From: Mobula hypostoma
Lineage: Eukaryota
Reading direction: 5' to 3'
NCBI RefSeq assembly: GCF_963921235.1
Contig: NC_086108.1
Coordinates: 24,986,001 to 25,050,000, forward strand
DNA: 64,000 bases
Shown piece by piece: positions 36,399 to 48,879 of this stretch (position 1 is the first letter of the stretch; every line of letters starts with the position of its first letter). The notes under the pieces were generated by a model that made no database searches, was not told the DNA's origin, and saw only the letters and a list, made by a program, of their open reading frames with translations. The position numbers and the translations under genes are program-made.

Positions 36399-36751
36399 TG
36401 TGATGCTCTGGGGGGGGGGAGGGTAGTGGTTGGCAGTCTATCCCTGCATTTCTAATGACCAGCATTGTTTATTGTTCTTATGTTAAAATGCTTTTGTAGG
36501 ATTATGGTGGGAAGTTCCAGTTCATTTATTGTTACACTTTAGTTTGGGTTCTACAGTTATTTGCTTGTGTATTTGTGGGTCACCCTAACTGTAACCGGAG
36601 TGTGTGATGGTCACCTCCCCGGTCTGTATGAGACTGAGTGACTTCACTCTCGGCTCATGGTGCCTCTTCTGTTTTGCGTTTATCACAATAAAATGGTTGT
36701 TGAGTTAACGAGCTTCTTCGTCTGTCATTATGGACCAAATTGCTCACCACA
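36399..36751 (+). repeat. 3' LTR
   Basis: Preceded by aggtgagggcag; ends tgctcaccaca then ATAT. Confidence 0.93.
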
Positions 36752-37269
36752 ATATTAAATGCTAAGCTGAAATCAATGAACAGCATTCTGGCATTTGAGG
36801 TTACATTTTCCAGGTGGGACAGGATAGAGTGGAGTGCAAAGGTTATGGCATCAGCAGTGGACCAATTTGAGTGGTAATCTAACTGGAAAATGTCCAAAGT
36901 AACAGGACGATGGGATTTAATGTGATCCATAACTAGCCGTTCAAAGCACTTCATTATTGCTGAGATCAGTGCCATTGGGTGGTAGTCATGGAGGCATGTT
37001 ACTGTCCTCCTCTTGGTCACTGGGAGGATGGTTTCCAACTTCAAACCTGAGGGAAAAGAGAACTGTTCAGGAGGGATTTTGAAGATGTATGTTATAACTT
37101 CATTTAACTGGGCTGCACAATCCCTCAGCACCCAATCAGGTATGTTATCGGGCCACGTACTTTATGTGCGTTGACCCTGACATGGGTCTTCCTCACATCA
37201 GCTGCGACAAAACAGAATGCCTGTTCCTCGGGGCCGGCGGCGGGGGGAGGGTGGTGTAGTCGGGCCTTC

Positions 37270-37936
37270 CTCACTGGCAGACCATTAATCAAACCGAGCG
37301 TGAGTTTTGGTGCGGAGTGTGCAGCCTAGACACAGGGCTCGAGCCCGTGATTAACTCCATTGTTTCTCCCTGATTGGGGCATCGAACAAGGTTAAAGTAC
37401 ATTAGTTCAAGAGTGGAGTACAGGGCAGGTGTTTGGCACCATCTGCCTGTGTTTGGCTGGACTTCCTTGCCCTCTCGCTAGCTGCTAATGGAGGAAAGTA
37501 CGGGCGTCTCGGGATCCACTTTGCCGGGGTTGATCAGCAAGGATGTGGACTCATTTTGGAGGACTTAGAGGTTCATGTTGCATGTGTTCCTGGATTCTGG
37601 TTACTCTTTTGTTGCTGTTTTTTGAGCGGTTTGATTGCAGTGATCGATGCTGACTAGGGTGCTTTGGTGGTGAGTGGCCCAATGGCCTGCATTGGCTAGC
37701 AGCGTGATACTAAACTGAATACTGCTGGATTCCTCGTTTGATGTTTGATATTCTATGTGTTAATCACTTACTTTTTGCCATTTGCACAATTTGTTGTTTA
37801 TTTCTCACGTTGGGTATTTGATGTTTTCTTGAACAAGTTCCATGGTGTTTTTTTAGTTTCATGGTTGCCTGCAGGAGTATGAAACTCAAAGTGGTATTCT
37901 GTATACACACTTTCATAAATAAACTTTGAAACTTTG
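37270..37936 (+). mobile_element. Non-coding LINE-dependent element (Rex/Babar-type 3' tail)
   Basis: GC-richer 5' part, T-rich 3' part ending gtatacac..ataaataaactttgaaactttg; a similar tail occurs at ~40380-40500. Confidence 0.5.
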
Positions 37937-38099
37937 GGAAAAAAACAGAATATCTTTTTTGGTACCAGCACAAGCTCCATTCCTAAGCTAGTAATTCTAT
38001 TTTCTTTCTGGGAAGCAAACCAACAGAATCAAAGTGTTCAGATGTTGTCTCCAAGATGCAAGTTCCAGAAAGTCATCTGTGTCATCATAGATCACCCTT

Positions 38100-38470
38100 T
38101 TACTGTTGTAGCTCCACCTGAATCTGCACCTGTTTCAGCTCAGCTGAGAAAACCCTCATTGTTAGCTTTATTAACTACAGGCTTGAATACTGCAATGGAG
38201 TCATGGATGGCTTCCTGTTTAAATCATCCTTTTAAACCATCCTTCAGTCATCTATTGCTGTTCATGTCCTAACTTGCACTCTCCCAAACACCCAGCACCC
38301 TCATGGTTGCAGAGGAGTACTCTCTCCAAGGCAGCTCCTTGATCTTAAAATTCTCTGCTCCAATCATACCCCTTCCTAAACAGTTGTCTCCTCCAAATAC
38401 AGCAAACACTGCCTCACTTGCATTCCTCTGAACGTGCCTGACTTTTAATTGCTCTTTCAAATGAAAACAG
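38100..38470 (+). mobile_element. Decayed L2 LINE C-terminal fragment
   Basis: KTLIVSFINYRLEYCNGVMDGF (~38149-38214) resembles the L2 motif TLIHAFITSRLDYCN.LL.GL. Confidence 0.6.
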
Positions 38471-39479
38471 ACTGAGCTTTGGAATTCACTCCCTGAACTG
38501 TGCTCTCCCTCTCTCTGTTTCTCTATCTCCTGTTGGTCGTACAGAACTCTAATCTACAAAACAGTGAACAGGCATGAGGCAAGCTTCAGTGGAAACAGAC
38601 AAAGCAAAAGTCATTGTTCTTGCCATGTGATTGCCGAAAGGGAGATAGATATTTTGTGAGCTGTCCTTGCAACCGCCATTTTGTGAACTGTTTGATGAAC
38701 TGCTTCTTGCACAGGGATAACTTAATCAAAGTAGTTGAACATGGACACAAGGAGTTTCTGCTAATGATCTAATAAACCTGAGCCTATACTCAGGTGAAAA
38801 GCTGTTTATTTTGTAAAATGACAGGTTTACAGAAGGAACAGCCTGTGATCTAGTCAACTAGGCTCAGCATTTGGCTGACTTGGTTAGACAGGTTTGAACC
38901 AGAATGAGTTGGACAGAACAAAAGAGATCATCTCAGATACAAGGCTGAAGGAAGAGCCATAAAGCACTGCTGTTTGTAGCGTTGAGACACATCCAATGAG
39001 GAGCTGACACAGGCCAGTCAGATGACCTTGAACCAACAAAATTTACATATCACAAACTAATCTGATAAGGAAAAGAATAAGAATGAAGGAATTTGGGAGT
39101 GTAAGCAGTGACAACTCTATAGAGGCCAACCATCGCAGAAGTGGATAACGCCATGTCAGAAATGTGGAGATCACATTGGGACCATGAAGAACACCTGGCC
39201 AGCATAGACTGCTTTTCCCAGGTATTACCTTTCTCTTCCTTGACTGTTCAAGGAGGGTCAGGGAGACCTAGTGGTGTGCACACAGGTATTCAGTTGTCTA
39301 AATTTACGTGCTTGTGAACTGAATCATTAAAGGTACTTGACAGTAAATACGGATTCTTTCTGTACATAACTGATCAAGGGATAATCCTTGAAGGACTGTT
39401 CTAGAAGCATTTGTAGTGAGTGGCTAAACGTTTACCCATTATGTGGTTCACCGTCAAAGCAGTTTGATAATGGTTATGT

Positions 39480-40050
39480 GAAGTTCTCTGTAAGAAGTTT
39501 GTGCATTCATCCCATGGCCACATATGATTCCTTCAGGTGCTCCAGTTTCCTCCCACTTCCTAAAGAAATATGAGTTCAGCTAGTAAGTTGGGGACATGCT
39601 ATTTTGGCACCGGAATCCTGGTAAAACTTGCGGGCTGACCGCAGCACATCCCGGAGTGAGTTAGTCATTGATGTAAACAACACACTTCAGTGTATGTTTT
39701 TATGTACATGTGATAAATAAAGCTAATCTTTGAAAAGATCCCTATCTTATTTACTCAGTCAGAAGTGTGGCAGCTAGTATCAGCGACTCACAGCTCCAGC
39801 TTCTGGGGTTTGATCTCAACCTCCAGTGCTCTGGCGATGAAGTCTGCACATTCTCCCTGTGACCATGGCCCTCCCATATCCCAAAGATGTGCTGGTTGGA
39901 AGATTAATTGGCTACTATAACTTACTTGAAATTTATGTGGTGAATAGGCATGCAAGAGACAATAAGTTGTCAGGAACTATCTGAAGGAATGTGGTATTTA
40001 GTGGAAATGGTTTGAGACCCAGTACAGACCCAGTACAGACACAGTGGGCC
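39480..40050 (+). mobile_element. Two decayed V-SINE-like SINEs
   Basis: ggtgctccagtttcctcccac core at ~39536; second head ~39765 with gcacattctccctgtgacc...ctcccatatcccaaagatgtgc. Confidence 0.6.
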
Positions 40051-42518
40051 TTTGAGTTCATGTCAAATATAAGAAGCACTCAGAATTTTGAATACCTCTA
40101 CCAAATTTCTTCATAGCTTTCCTTTCTTTAGGGAGAGCTATCCCAGTTTCTTTTGTATTTTCACAGATGCTCTCGGAGACTGACGGATTGGTCTGTAGTT
40201 CAAACAAACTGTAGTACATATTGGCCTCTTTCAGTTCTGTTTTTCATTTGTGTTCTTGCCCTTTTTTTCTTGTTGCCAATTGGCAAGTTGGCAGTTGGGG
40301 GTTTGATGTGTATTTGTGTGAAGGAGGGAATGGGGGTTTTGGGGTTTGTGAGTTTTTCTTCATTTTGTGGGGAGTTGTTGTCTTTTCATTCAACTACTTC
40401 TGAGTTCTTTCTGTATATAATGGCTATCTGGAGAAGACAAATCTCAAAGTTAAATTCTGCATACATACTCGGATAATAAAATGAATCTTTGAACCTTTAG
40501 AATTGAAATCTCTATTTCCTGATCCCACTTTAAATAAATTTTCCTCATTTTGCTAGGTTTATATCTTTGTTCCCAAATGCTGGTGAATAGAGTTTGACAC
40601 AGTGCTCCAGCAGGGGCAAAAAAAGTTTCTTAAGCCAAAAGAAGAAGCACACACACAACCTGGCATTACACTCAAAAATAATTAATAAATTCTGCAAGGG
40701 TCTTTTCTTCATGGAATTTGCATTCTAAGTTCCCGATCTGTTTAAGACTAGTATGAATTGTACAGATCATGGTGAGTCACATAAATAGGATGTAGGCAGG
40801 ACTCTAACCCAAAATGAAGGACAGAGGGTTCCAAGGAATCTTTAATAAATCAAGATGAAATGAGACGGGATTGGCTCAGGACAATGCAGGAAATATTGGC
40901 AAGTATGACAAGGCTGAGACAGACTATCTCTATGGTAGAATGCAACAAAGCAAATCAAGAGTTACCAAAACTATGTAGAAAAATTCCAAGCTTAACTGAA
41001 TGCATATAGCATTTACAATAAGGTAAATGTGTTGGCAGCACAAATAGCAACATATATAAATGATCTTCTTGCTTTTCAGAAAAAAATGGAGACCTGATAT
41101 ACAGTGACTATTTGTGGATACTCTATATTGCAAATTATAGTGTAGTATAATAGGTTATAGTTAACATATAATAGTCTATAGGCCCCAAAAATGTGACTTC
41201 TTTGGGAGGGTATCTGTAGACTACTAAATAACTCCACCTTATAAGCATAATGGGGAACTATCTGGGGCATGTTTGAAGAGAGCTGCAGTTGTCAATGGAG
41301 ATTTTAATCTACTATTGACTGGACAAACCAGACTGGCTAGACTATGATAGAAGACCACCTTTCTGGCATGTGTCAAGGGTTGCTGTTAAGAACAGTATAT
41401 TATGGAACCTACCTGAGGACAAGCTGTTTTAGATTTGGTCACAAATAATGAGGAAGGATTAAAATAGATGTAGTAGTTAAGGAATCACAAGTGGGTGGTG
41501 GCCACAACAATGTATTTTGAGAGTGCAACAAATTCACAACCTTTGACATAAATAGGGGCAATTTTATTGGTATGTAGTTGCAGTTGTCTAAGGTGGACTA
41601 GGTAAGTAAGCTAAAACACTGATCAGGAGATGACCAATGGTGGTTACTCATACAACTGACCCATAGCACTCAGCAGGAATCTACCCCAATTAGAAAATGT
41701 AATCTCAAGAGAATGAGGCACAATCTGTGGTTAAAAAGGAGGTCAAGGATAATGTTTCATGGAAAAATAGGACATACAAATAGCAGGGCTGGTAGTGGAC
41801 TATAGGGACTGGCAAACTTTGAGGGTCCAGCAGTGAAAGACCAAAAATCTGATAAGAAGTAAGATGATTGATTTTAAGAGGAAATGTGTTTGTAGATAAA
41901 GCAAACAGTAAGAGTTTTTTTTTGGTTAAGCAAATGGGAAGAAGGCATCTGATGTAGATGAGGTTGGTGAATTAATAACAAGAAACAAAGAAATTGCATG
42001 ATAGTTTTTTTTTGCATCAGACTTCATCATTGCAGAATGAGATTACAGACAGCCAAATTTCAAATAAAATGAAGGAACTTGTAAAAATCAAGACACCAGG
42101 GCTAAAATGTTAGAGAAACCCACTGAATGAAATACAGACAAATTGCCAGGATCCAATGTTTTGCATCCAAGGTTTTTAAATGAGATAGCTGTAGAGAAAG
42201 CGGACCCGTTGATTGACACTTTTTCAAAACTCACTAAGTTCTAGGAGGGTACAAAAAGATTAGAAAACAGGCAATGTGACCCTCTTGTTCAATAAGACAG
42301 GAGGCAGAGAACTAAAGGTTTAACATCCGATGATGTCAAGATGATAGAATGAATAACCAAAGATAAAATGACTAGTCATTTCCGAAAGCTTAATCCAATC
42401 AAGCCTAGTCAAGGTGCTTTTTGAAAGGCAAATAATATTTGACAAATTTGCTTGAATGTTGTGAAAATGTGACAGATAAAGATAGATATTTAGATTTCCA
42501 AAGAGCCTTACAAGGATC

Positions 42519-42794
42519 AGGGTGGCACAGTGGCATAGTGGTTAGCACAACACTTTGCAGTACAGGCAACCAGGGATTCAGTCATCTGGAAGGAGCCTGT
42601 ACGTTCTCATTATGACTGATCCTTTTGGTGCTCTGGTTTCCTCTCACAGTCCAAAGATGTACCGGTTGGTAGGTGAATTAGTCATTGTACATTGTCCTGT
42701 GTTTAAGCCAGGACTAAATTGGGTGATTGCTGGGCGGCGCAGCTCGGAGGGCTGGAAGGGCCTATACCACTCTATATCTCAATAAATAAATAAA
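42519..42794 (+). mobile_element. tRNA-derived V-SINE-like SINE
   Basis: A-box-like tggcatagtggttagc, core ggtgctctggtttcctctcacagtccaaaga, (TAAA)n tail. Confidence 0.8.
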
Positions 42795-42799
42795 TTTTA

Positions 42800-43590
42800 A
42801 ACTTGGATCAAGGATCAACTTTTTTCACCATATACAGTACGTTTACATGTACAAGAATTTTGCTGTGAAGTGTTGGTGTGACAGGAAAAAAAACAACAAT
42901 GAACAATTATAAAGAATGGTAGCATAGTGTTTAGCACAACTCTTTACAGTATCAGTGACCCAGGTTCAATTCCCATCACTGTCTGTATAGAATTTGTATG
43001 TTGTCCATGCGTTCACGTGGATTTTCTCCTGGTGCTCCGGTTTCCTCCCACAGTCCAAAGACATACCGGTTGATAGGGTAGTATGTTATTATAAATTGTC
43101 CCATGACTGGGCTAGGTTTAAATTGGGTGTTGCTAGACAACACAGCTCAAAGGGCTTGAAAGGACTACTCCACATTCTATCTCAAGGAATAAAAAATAAA
43201 TAAAAGAATTATATGCAAACTAGGGTTAGAGTATGGATATTGAATAAAATGTGCATAAATACATAAATACAAATGTATTGCATTGTAAATATAATTATAA
43301 AGCATTTACAGTTTGTTGCTATGATGGTGGTAATACATAAAGTGGGGCTGGGGGAGGCTAAGTAGAATGATTAATCTGATTAACCACCTGCGGGAAGAAA
43401 CTTTTAACACGGCGTGAAGATTTTGTTTAAATAGCACTTTCTGGAACTGAGTTTTTGGAAAAGACAGTTTGCAGGGTTAGTGATGTGTGCAATGACTTTT
43501 CTTGCCCTTTTCTTTGTCCTGGTCACATACAAGTCCTGCAGTGATGGAAGGCTGCAGCCAATGACATTTTCTGCCGACAGAGGCGGGTGC
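42800..43590 (-). mobile_element. Rex1/Babar-type LINE 3' end with a SINE inserted
   Basis: ORF 43404-43592 SAENVIGCSLPSLQDLY..RTKKRARKVIA..TNPANCLFQKLSS. Confidence 0.75.
42917..43204 (+). mobile_element. tRNA-derived V-SINE-like SINE
   Basis: tagcatagtgtttagc (A box), ggttcaattcc (B box), ggtgctccggtttcctcccacagtccaaaga, TAAA tail. Confidence 0.85.
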
Positions 43591-43673
43591 ATAAATTAGG
43601 AGCCCAAGGTATTGGAGAAAGCATGTTAACCTGTACTGAAAACTGTCACAGAAAACAAAGAGTTGGAATAAAT

Positions 43674-43869
43674 AGCAACACACAAACAATGCTGGAGTAA
43701 CTCAGCAGGCCAGGCAGCATCTATGGAAAAGAGTACAGTCGACGAAGGGTCTCAACCTGAAATGTCGACTGTACTCTTTTCCATAGATGTTGCCTGGCCT
43801 GCTGAGTTCCTCCAGCATTTTGTGTGTGTTGCTTGGATTTCAAGCATCTGCAGATTTTCTCTTGTTTGT
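43674..43869. mobile_element. 196-bp PLE-derived fold-back mini-element centred on the hammerhead
   Basis: ~70-bp near-perfect inverted arms around gacgaagggtctcaacctgaaatgtc; exact 13-bp TSD agttggaataaat at 43661-43673 and 43870-43882. Confidence 0.92.
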
Positions 43870-45780
43870 AGTTGGAATAAATCTATTTAGGTTCTTTTTA
43901 GACTGGAGGGATGTAACTAGTGGAGTGCCTCAAGGACTAGATTCTGGTCCTCAATTGTCTCTTGTTCAATAACTTGCAGGAAGCAAGAGAATATAAGGTT
44001 TCTAACTTTCCCATTATATGAAAATAAGTGAAAGGGCATATCGTGATAAGGACATTGTGATTTTGCAAACAGATATAAATAATTTGGAAGATTGGGTGAA
44101 AACCTGGCAAATAAAGTTTAATATGAAGAGCGGTGAGGTCATGTACTTCAAAAAGGCACATTGCTATCTAAATGGAGTGGGACTACAAATTCATAAAATT
44201 CAGGAGAATGTAAGTGATTTAATACCTGTACATGAATCACAAAAATACTTATTTGGCAGGTCCAGCAATATTAACGAGGTAAATGACAATCTGGCCTTCA
44301 TTGCAAAGGACTTGGGGTTTAACAATATGGAGGTTTTGGATTTGGAAGTTACATTTATGCAGAATATTAGTGAGGCCAAGCTGGAATACTATGCACAGTT
44401 TTTATCTCCTTATTGAAAACAATATTGTAGCATTGGAGGCTGTCCAGGGGAGATTTATCTGCTAAGACCTAGAATGAGAGGGTTCTCTTATCAAAAGGGA
44501 TAAGATGTTTGGATCTGTATTCCTTGGTGTTTAGAGGAATGAGGAAAGACCATAAGGGAGTTTGACAGGGTGATTGTTCTCACTAGTGGGAAAGTCATGA
44601 AGAATAGAAAAAAAAGGGACTAGTTATTTAAAGAGGAAGTGTGTAGAAATTGATTGTCTCAGAGGACAGTGAATCCCTGGAAATCTATGCCCCTGAAGGT
44701 GTTGGAGGCCAGATCATCAGATCTATTTATGGTGGGAATAGATAAATATTAGAAAATTGCAGGTCTGGAGAGCCATGAGGACTGGCACAGAAGAGGAGCT
44801 GAGGCTATTATCGATCAGACGTGACCATATTGAATGGTGATTCAGGGGCCAATCCTATTCCTATTTTCTTGAGTTCTTGTGCGATAATTTTATCCAAGAA
44901 ACAGTAACATGATAGCCAGTTCCAGATAACAATAGTCATGGTTGTTTTGAATCTTTTGACTGCATTGTATAACATAAAAGTCAATCAAAGCCATTGAAAA
45001 ATGATAGCTCTTGACAATGGAAAGGTCTAATCTATCTACAGTTCAAATTAAATTTTGTTTTGCTACTTATATCCTATTGGAGATTAACTTACTTTCTTTA
45101 TAGAAAAGATGCATTGGATTTTCCAAGTAAGACACAGCTATTCCAACTGGTATTGTCCCTCAACTATTCAAGGCACCTTGCTGGCCTTCAGCTAATTATC
45201 AAATAAAGTAATTATACACTGTGTGAAATCCCAGCATCAAAGACAAAACATTGCTTCAAGGGTAAGAGTGAAGATTTCTTCACTATGCTGACCTTGACAA
45301 TAATAACATATTTTTTCAAAGTTTCACACTATCAGAATGTTACTTAAAGCAAGCCAAGAAATCAACTGCTCTGTGCACATATTTCAAAAAAAATTTAAGC
45401 TCGGATGATCAAAACGTCTCAGCTTCAGTCTTTCACAGCAGCAGACTTCAATGTACATGCCTTAATCACTGAACAAATAGTTAAAAGGATCCCCTTTAAA
45501 TTTTAGATTAAGTATTTAATCTATAAACAAGATGCCTTTGATGTGATTTGAACTACGTTCCTTTGAAAGAAAACTTCAATTATAAAGAAGGAACTTGCAT
45601 TTCTAATGTTATCTCTGCTCCTTTCACAACATGCCAAAATGCTTTATATCCTTTCATGTACTTTTGAATTGTAGTCACTATTATAGTCTTATGTGGGATT
45701 ATTTGCTGTTTGATACATCAGTTCTTCTAATTAAACTGCATGTAGTCCTTTGGTTCCTTAAGATTGTTATAGCAGGGGAT

Positions 45781-46333
45781 GGTAGTGGGAACAAGCTCCC
45801 ACTACCTATTAAATGCTCCCAATGGCATGCACCTCAAATAGCCTCTGACAACCAAGTCCAGCTCCCGGCCTTCACGTGCGGCTCAGCTACTAAGCCCAGT
45901 AGAACTGTTTCTACTGACAGGAGAAGGGGCAAAGACGGGTTACTGGTGCCTTAAAACCAGTCACTTCAGGCAAATGGGGCTCATCAGTCATGGACGACAG
46001 CTCATCCAGGAGAAGGAAAACTCTAACCTCTAAGCTTCGCTGCCCTTCGGTGATACCCACTCATGGAGAAGACCGGCAGGAAACCCCAAGGGAAAAATCC
46101 GGAGCTGGAGTCCCTAAGGTAGCCCTACATTGAGTTCAATGTTGACTGGCAACTCCTGCGACGCTACTGGTACCAAGCAACATCGGTTTCTGCTGTTCCT
46201 TTGCATTCATTTGGTGCGTGGAGATGGGGAGCTTGCTAAATGGGCAATAGCTTGCTCTCCATATCATACTGCCCAGGCTTGCGTATCTAGACAGCTGGGA
46301 CACAACATCCACGGTCAAATCTGACAGACGGAG
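45781..46333 (+). mobile_element. ~560-bp non-autonomous element, probably RTE-related, copy 2
   Basis: Collinear with 25838-26400, same 5' hairpin ggtagtggga..tcccactacc. Confidence 0.7.
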
Positions 46334-48093
46334 ACCCCCGAGTCCTTTGGTACCCAGGGGCTAAAGGGTTAATTTATTGTGCAATTATGAATCATTGATG
46401 TTTACTCAGAAGTGTGAGGATTATTCATTTTAACTATATTACTGTTTTGTTCAGAAGACTGAAAATAATTTGTTGAATGGGATCTCTATTTACTCAGTGG
46501 GATAAGGGCTACTCACTCTATTTTTATTTGTTCCTGAGCATGGTTTACTTGTAAAGAGCTCCAGTTTATTCAGAGTTAAAGACTGCCTCCTGTGTTTAAA
46601 TTACTCTTATTCAGAAAAGCGGGGGAAGCTCAATAATTGGATAGAGATCCACTTTTCAGTGTGGATGCACTCACATTTATTCAGGAAAGAAAGAATTACC
46701 ATTTTGTCAGATACTTGTTGAACCCTCTTTGTAAACAGATTAACAAAATTATTTGTTTACAATAATTTCCTTTTAAAACAATGTATGGAATATCATGAAA
46801 GAATCAAATGAAGACCTCTAAACGCAGATTTAAATATAATTCACTCTTACTTTCCCTTTAATGCAATCTTTTAAGGAAAAGATTTACACTTATTTAAAAT
46901 GATCTTATATCAGAACTAAATACTTAATTCCAGCAAATTCGTTGTAGCATGTTGCTTTGAGTGAAGTCACATAAACAGTTATTTGAATTGCAGCTTTCCT
47001 GCCACTTATTTCAGCTTTAATGGTGTGCAGCTCCTCGCTTCCCTCTGCAATTTGCAAGTGTTTAGATCTAAGCTTGACATCAACTATTGTTCAATATATC
47101 AACTCTCCTCTTTACAATTTCAGTTTCCACACAATGCACCTTTTCTTTTTAATTAGTTTTCTAACTTTAAAAAATACTGTCAGACAAGAATTCAATACAG
47201 GCTAACTCATGTCCTGGATAAAGGCAAGGAGCAAAGGAAAATTAATTTGGTCCATATCAAAGTCACTGAATGTGAAGGGGGTTCTACCTGATTTGGGGGT
47301 GTCAAAATTGATGAGACAAGAGCAAAAACTGGATATTGGAAATCTGAAATAGAAACAGAAGCTACTAGAAATGCTCAACTTGTCACAATGCATCTGTGAA
47401 TAGAGAAGCAAGGTTGTTGAATCAAATTTGAATGATCTTTCAACAGACACAACAAAGACTTCCTGTTTCTGACTCCTTTTGTTCATTTTACTTCAGTCTG
47501 TGATTATTTTTCCCAATTCATTTCCCAGTCATATCCCACAGCCTTTCCATCCTCTTTCTTTCAATCTCTGTCTCACCACAATATCCTCTTTCTCCAGCAC
47601 ACACGTCAATGATTCTGAAATCAGTGGGTCTCTAAAGTTATTTATCGCTCTCAATTTGACAGGTGATTTGTCATCAGCTAAAGCATCATTTTCTTACATC
47701 TGTGTGCTTCTCTATATATGTGGAGTTGCATTGGTATGGTAACTTGTGCAACCACTGTATATCACAAAATGATTTGCAGCTTATTAAAATGACAAACAAG
47801 ACTGCAGATGTTGGAAATCTGAAGTAAAACTGAAAGTATTGAAAAGCTCAGTCACTTGGACAACAGCCATGGAGGGAAAAATTAGAGTTAATGTTTCAGG
47901 CCAGTTTCCTGAAGATTGTTTTTATTTACAGCATATTGAACTGTTTTGAAATGAGGTCAATTTAGGGATGTGGCAACAAGCCTGCATAAATCAGGCTGTA
48001 AGAATGATTTGATAATAGACCAAACTGTAGTAACAAGCATAATATGTAGAAGAAGAGTGGAGTTTGTTTTTTTATCGAGTCTTTCAATATATC

Positions 48094-48367
48094 ATTATTT
48101 ATTTATTGAGATACAGTGTGGAATAGGCCCTTCGAGCCGCTCTGCCCATCAATCCCCTGATTTAACCCTCACCTGATCACGGGACAATTTACAATGACCA
48201 ATTAACCTCCCAACTGGTAGATCTTTGGACTGTGGGAGGAAACAGGAGCACCTGGAGGAAACCCATGTGATCACTGTACAAACTCCTTACAGGCAGCAGG
48301 GGGAATTGAACCCCAGTTACCTGTACTGTAAAGCTTTGTGCCAACCACTACGATACTGTGCCACCCT
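48094..48367 (-). mobile_element. tRNA-derived V-SINE-like SINE
   Basis: Reverse complement of the 42519/42917 family: gggtggcacagtatcgtagtggttggc head, ggttcaattcc B box, TAAA tail. Confidence 0.85.
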
Positions 48368-48879
48368 ATTCCCGTTACACTAAATTATACCCTCTTTGGG
48401 GCTCTTATTCCTGTAGTAACCAAATGATGAAAGCAGGTGATCCCTACCCCCTAACAATTTTTCACGTGTGAGTCCACAGTACAGTGAGCTTTATCAGAAC
48501 TTGCAGATGCATTTGGGGTGAGGTTATATTGAGGACTGCACCATATTCAGCTTTGTTTCACCATCACATTCTCATCATCTGCAAGTGAATTATGATTTCT
48601 TCTTCTGAATCCAAAGTCCTGGAATCAATTGCAACCTTACCAATTTAACTCTTATTTAACTCTTCTAAAACACAGCATTTTAGAAGAATCTAGATAGCCT
48701 GCTGACCCGTTGTGGGCAAAAGGGGTTAGTATAAATGAGGACAATGGTTGGCATGAACATGGCGACCAAGTCTCCTTTTTCTGTGTTATTCGACTATATG
48801 GCATGTTCTATGAGCATTTTCTGCACTGCCATCAGATTTCTATTCTCTCTGGATATCTTTCTCCTATCTCTGTAACTGG

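Larger units (their letters stand above)
33876..36751 (+). mobile_element. Non-autonomous Ty3/Gypsy LTR retrotransposon (2876 bp)
   Basis: TG..CA LTRs at 33876-34223 and 36399-36751, ATAT TSD (33872-33875, 36752-36755), PBS, purine-rich tract before the 3' LTR, gag/PR/IN remnants. Confidence 0.95.
32900..37230 (-). mobile_element. Rex1/Babar-type LINE interrupted by a Gypsy element
   Basis: LRDCAAQL..MKCFERLV..ARMLFIDFSLAFN (36755-37131), EFANDTTVV, WCKHNNLRLSMDKTKEMIVDFRK (33421-33730); tail ~32900. Reading continues across the LTR insertion. Confidence 0.88.
40960..44880 (+). mobile_element. Old decayed CR1 ORF2 with nested SINEs, a Rex tail and a PLE fold-back
   Basis: LNAYSIYNKV, GDFN, PGSNVLHPRFLNE, LDFQRA, VTSGVPQGL, LEYYAQF, 3' UTR ~44800-44880. 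Confidence 0.7.

Noticed and set aside
42519..43204. tRNA genes
   Set aside because: A/B-box heads continue into SINE cores and TAAA tails; no cloverleaf.
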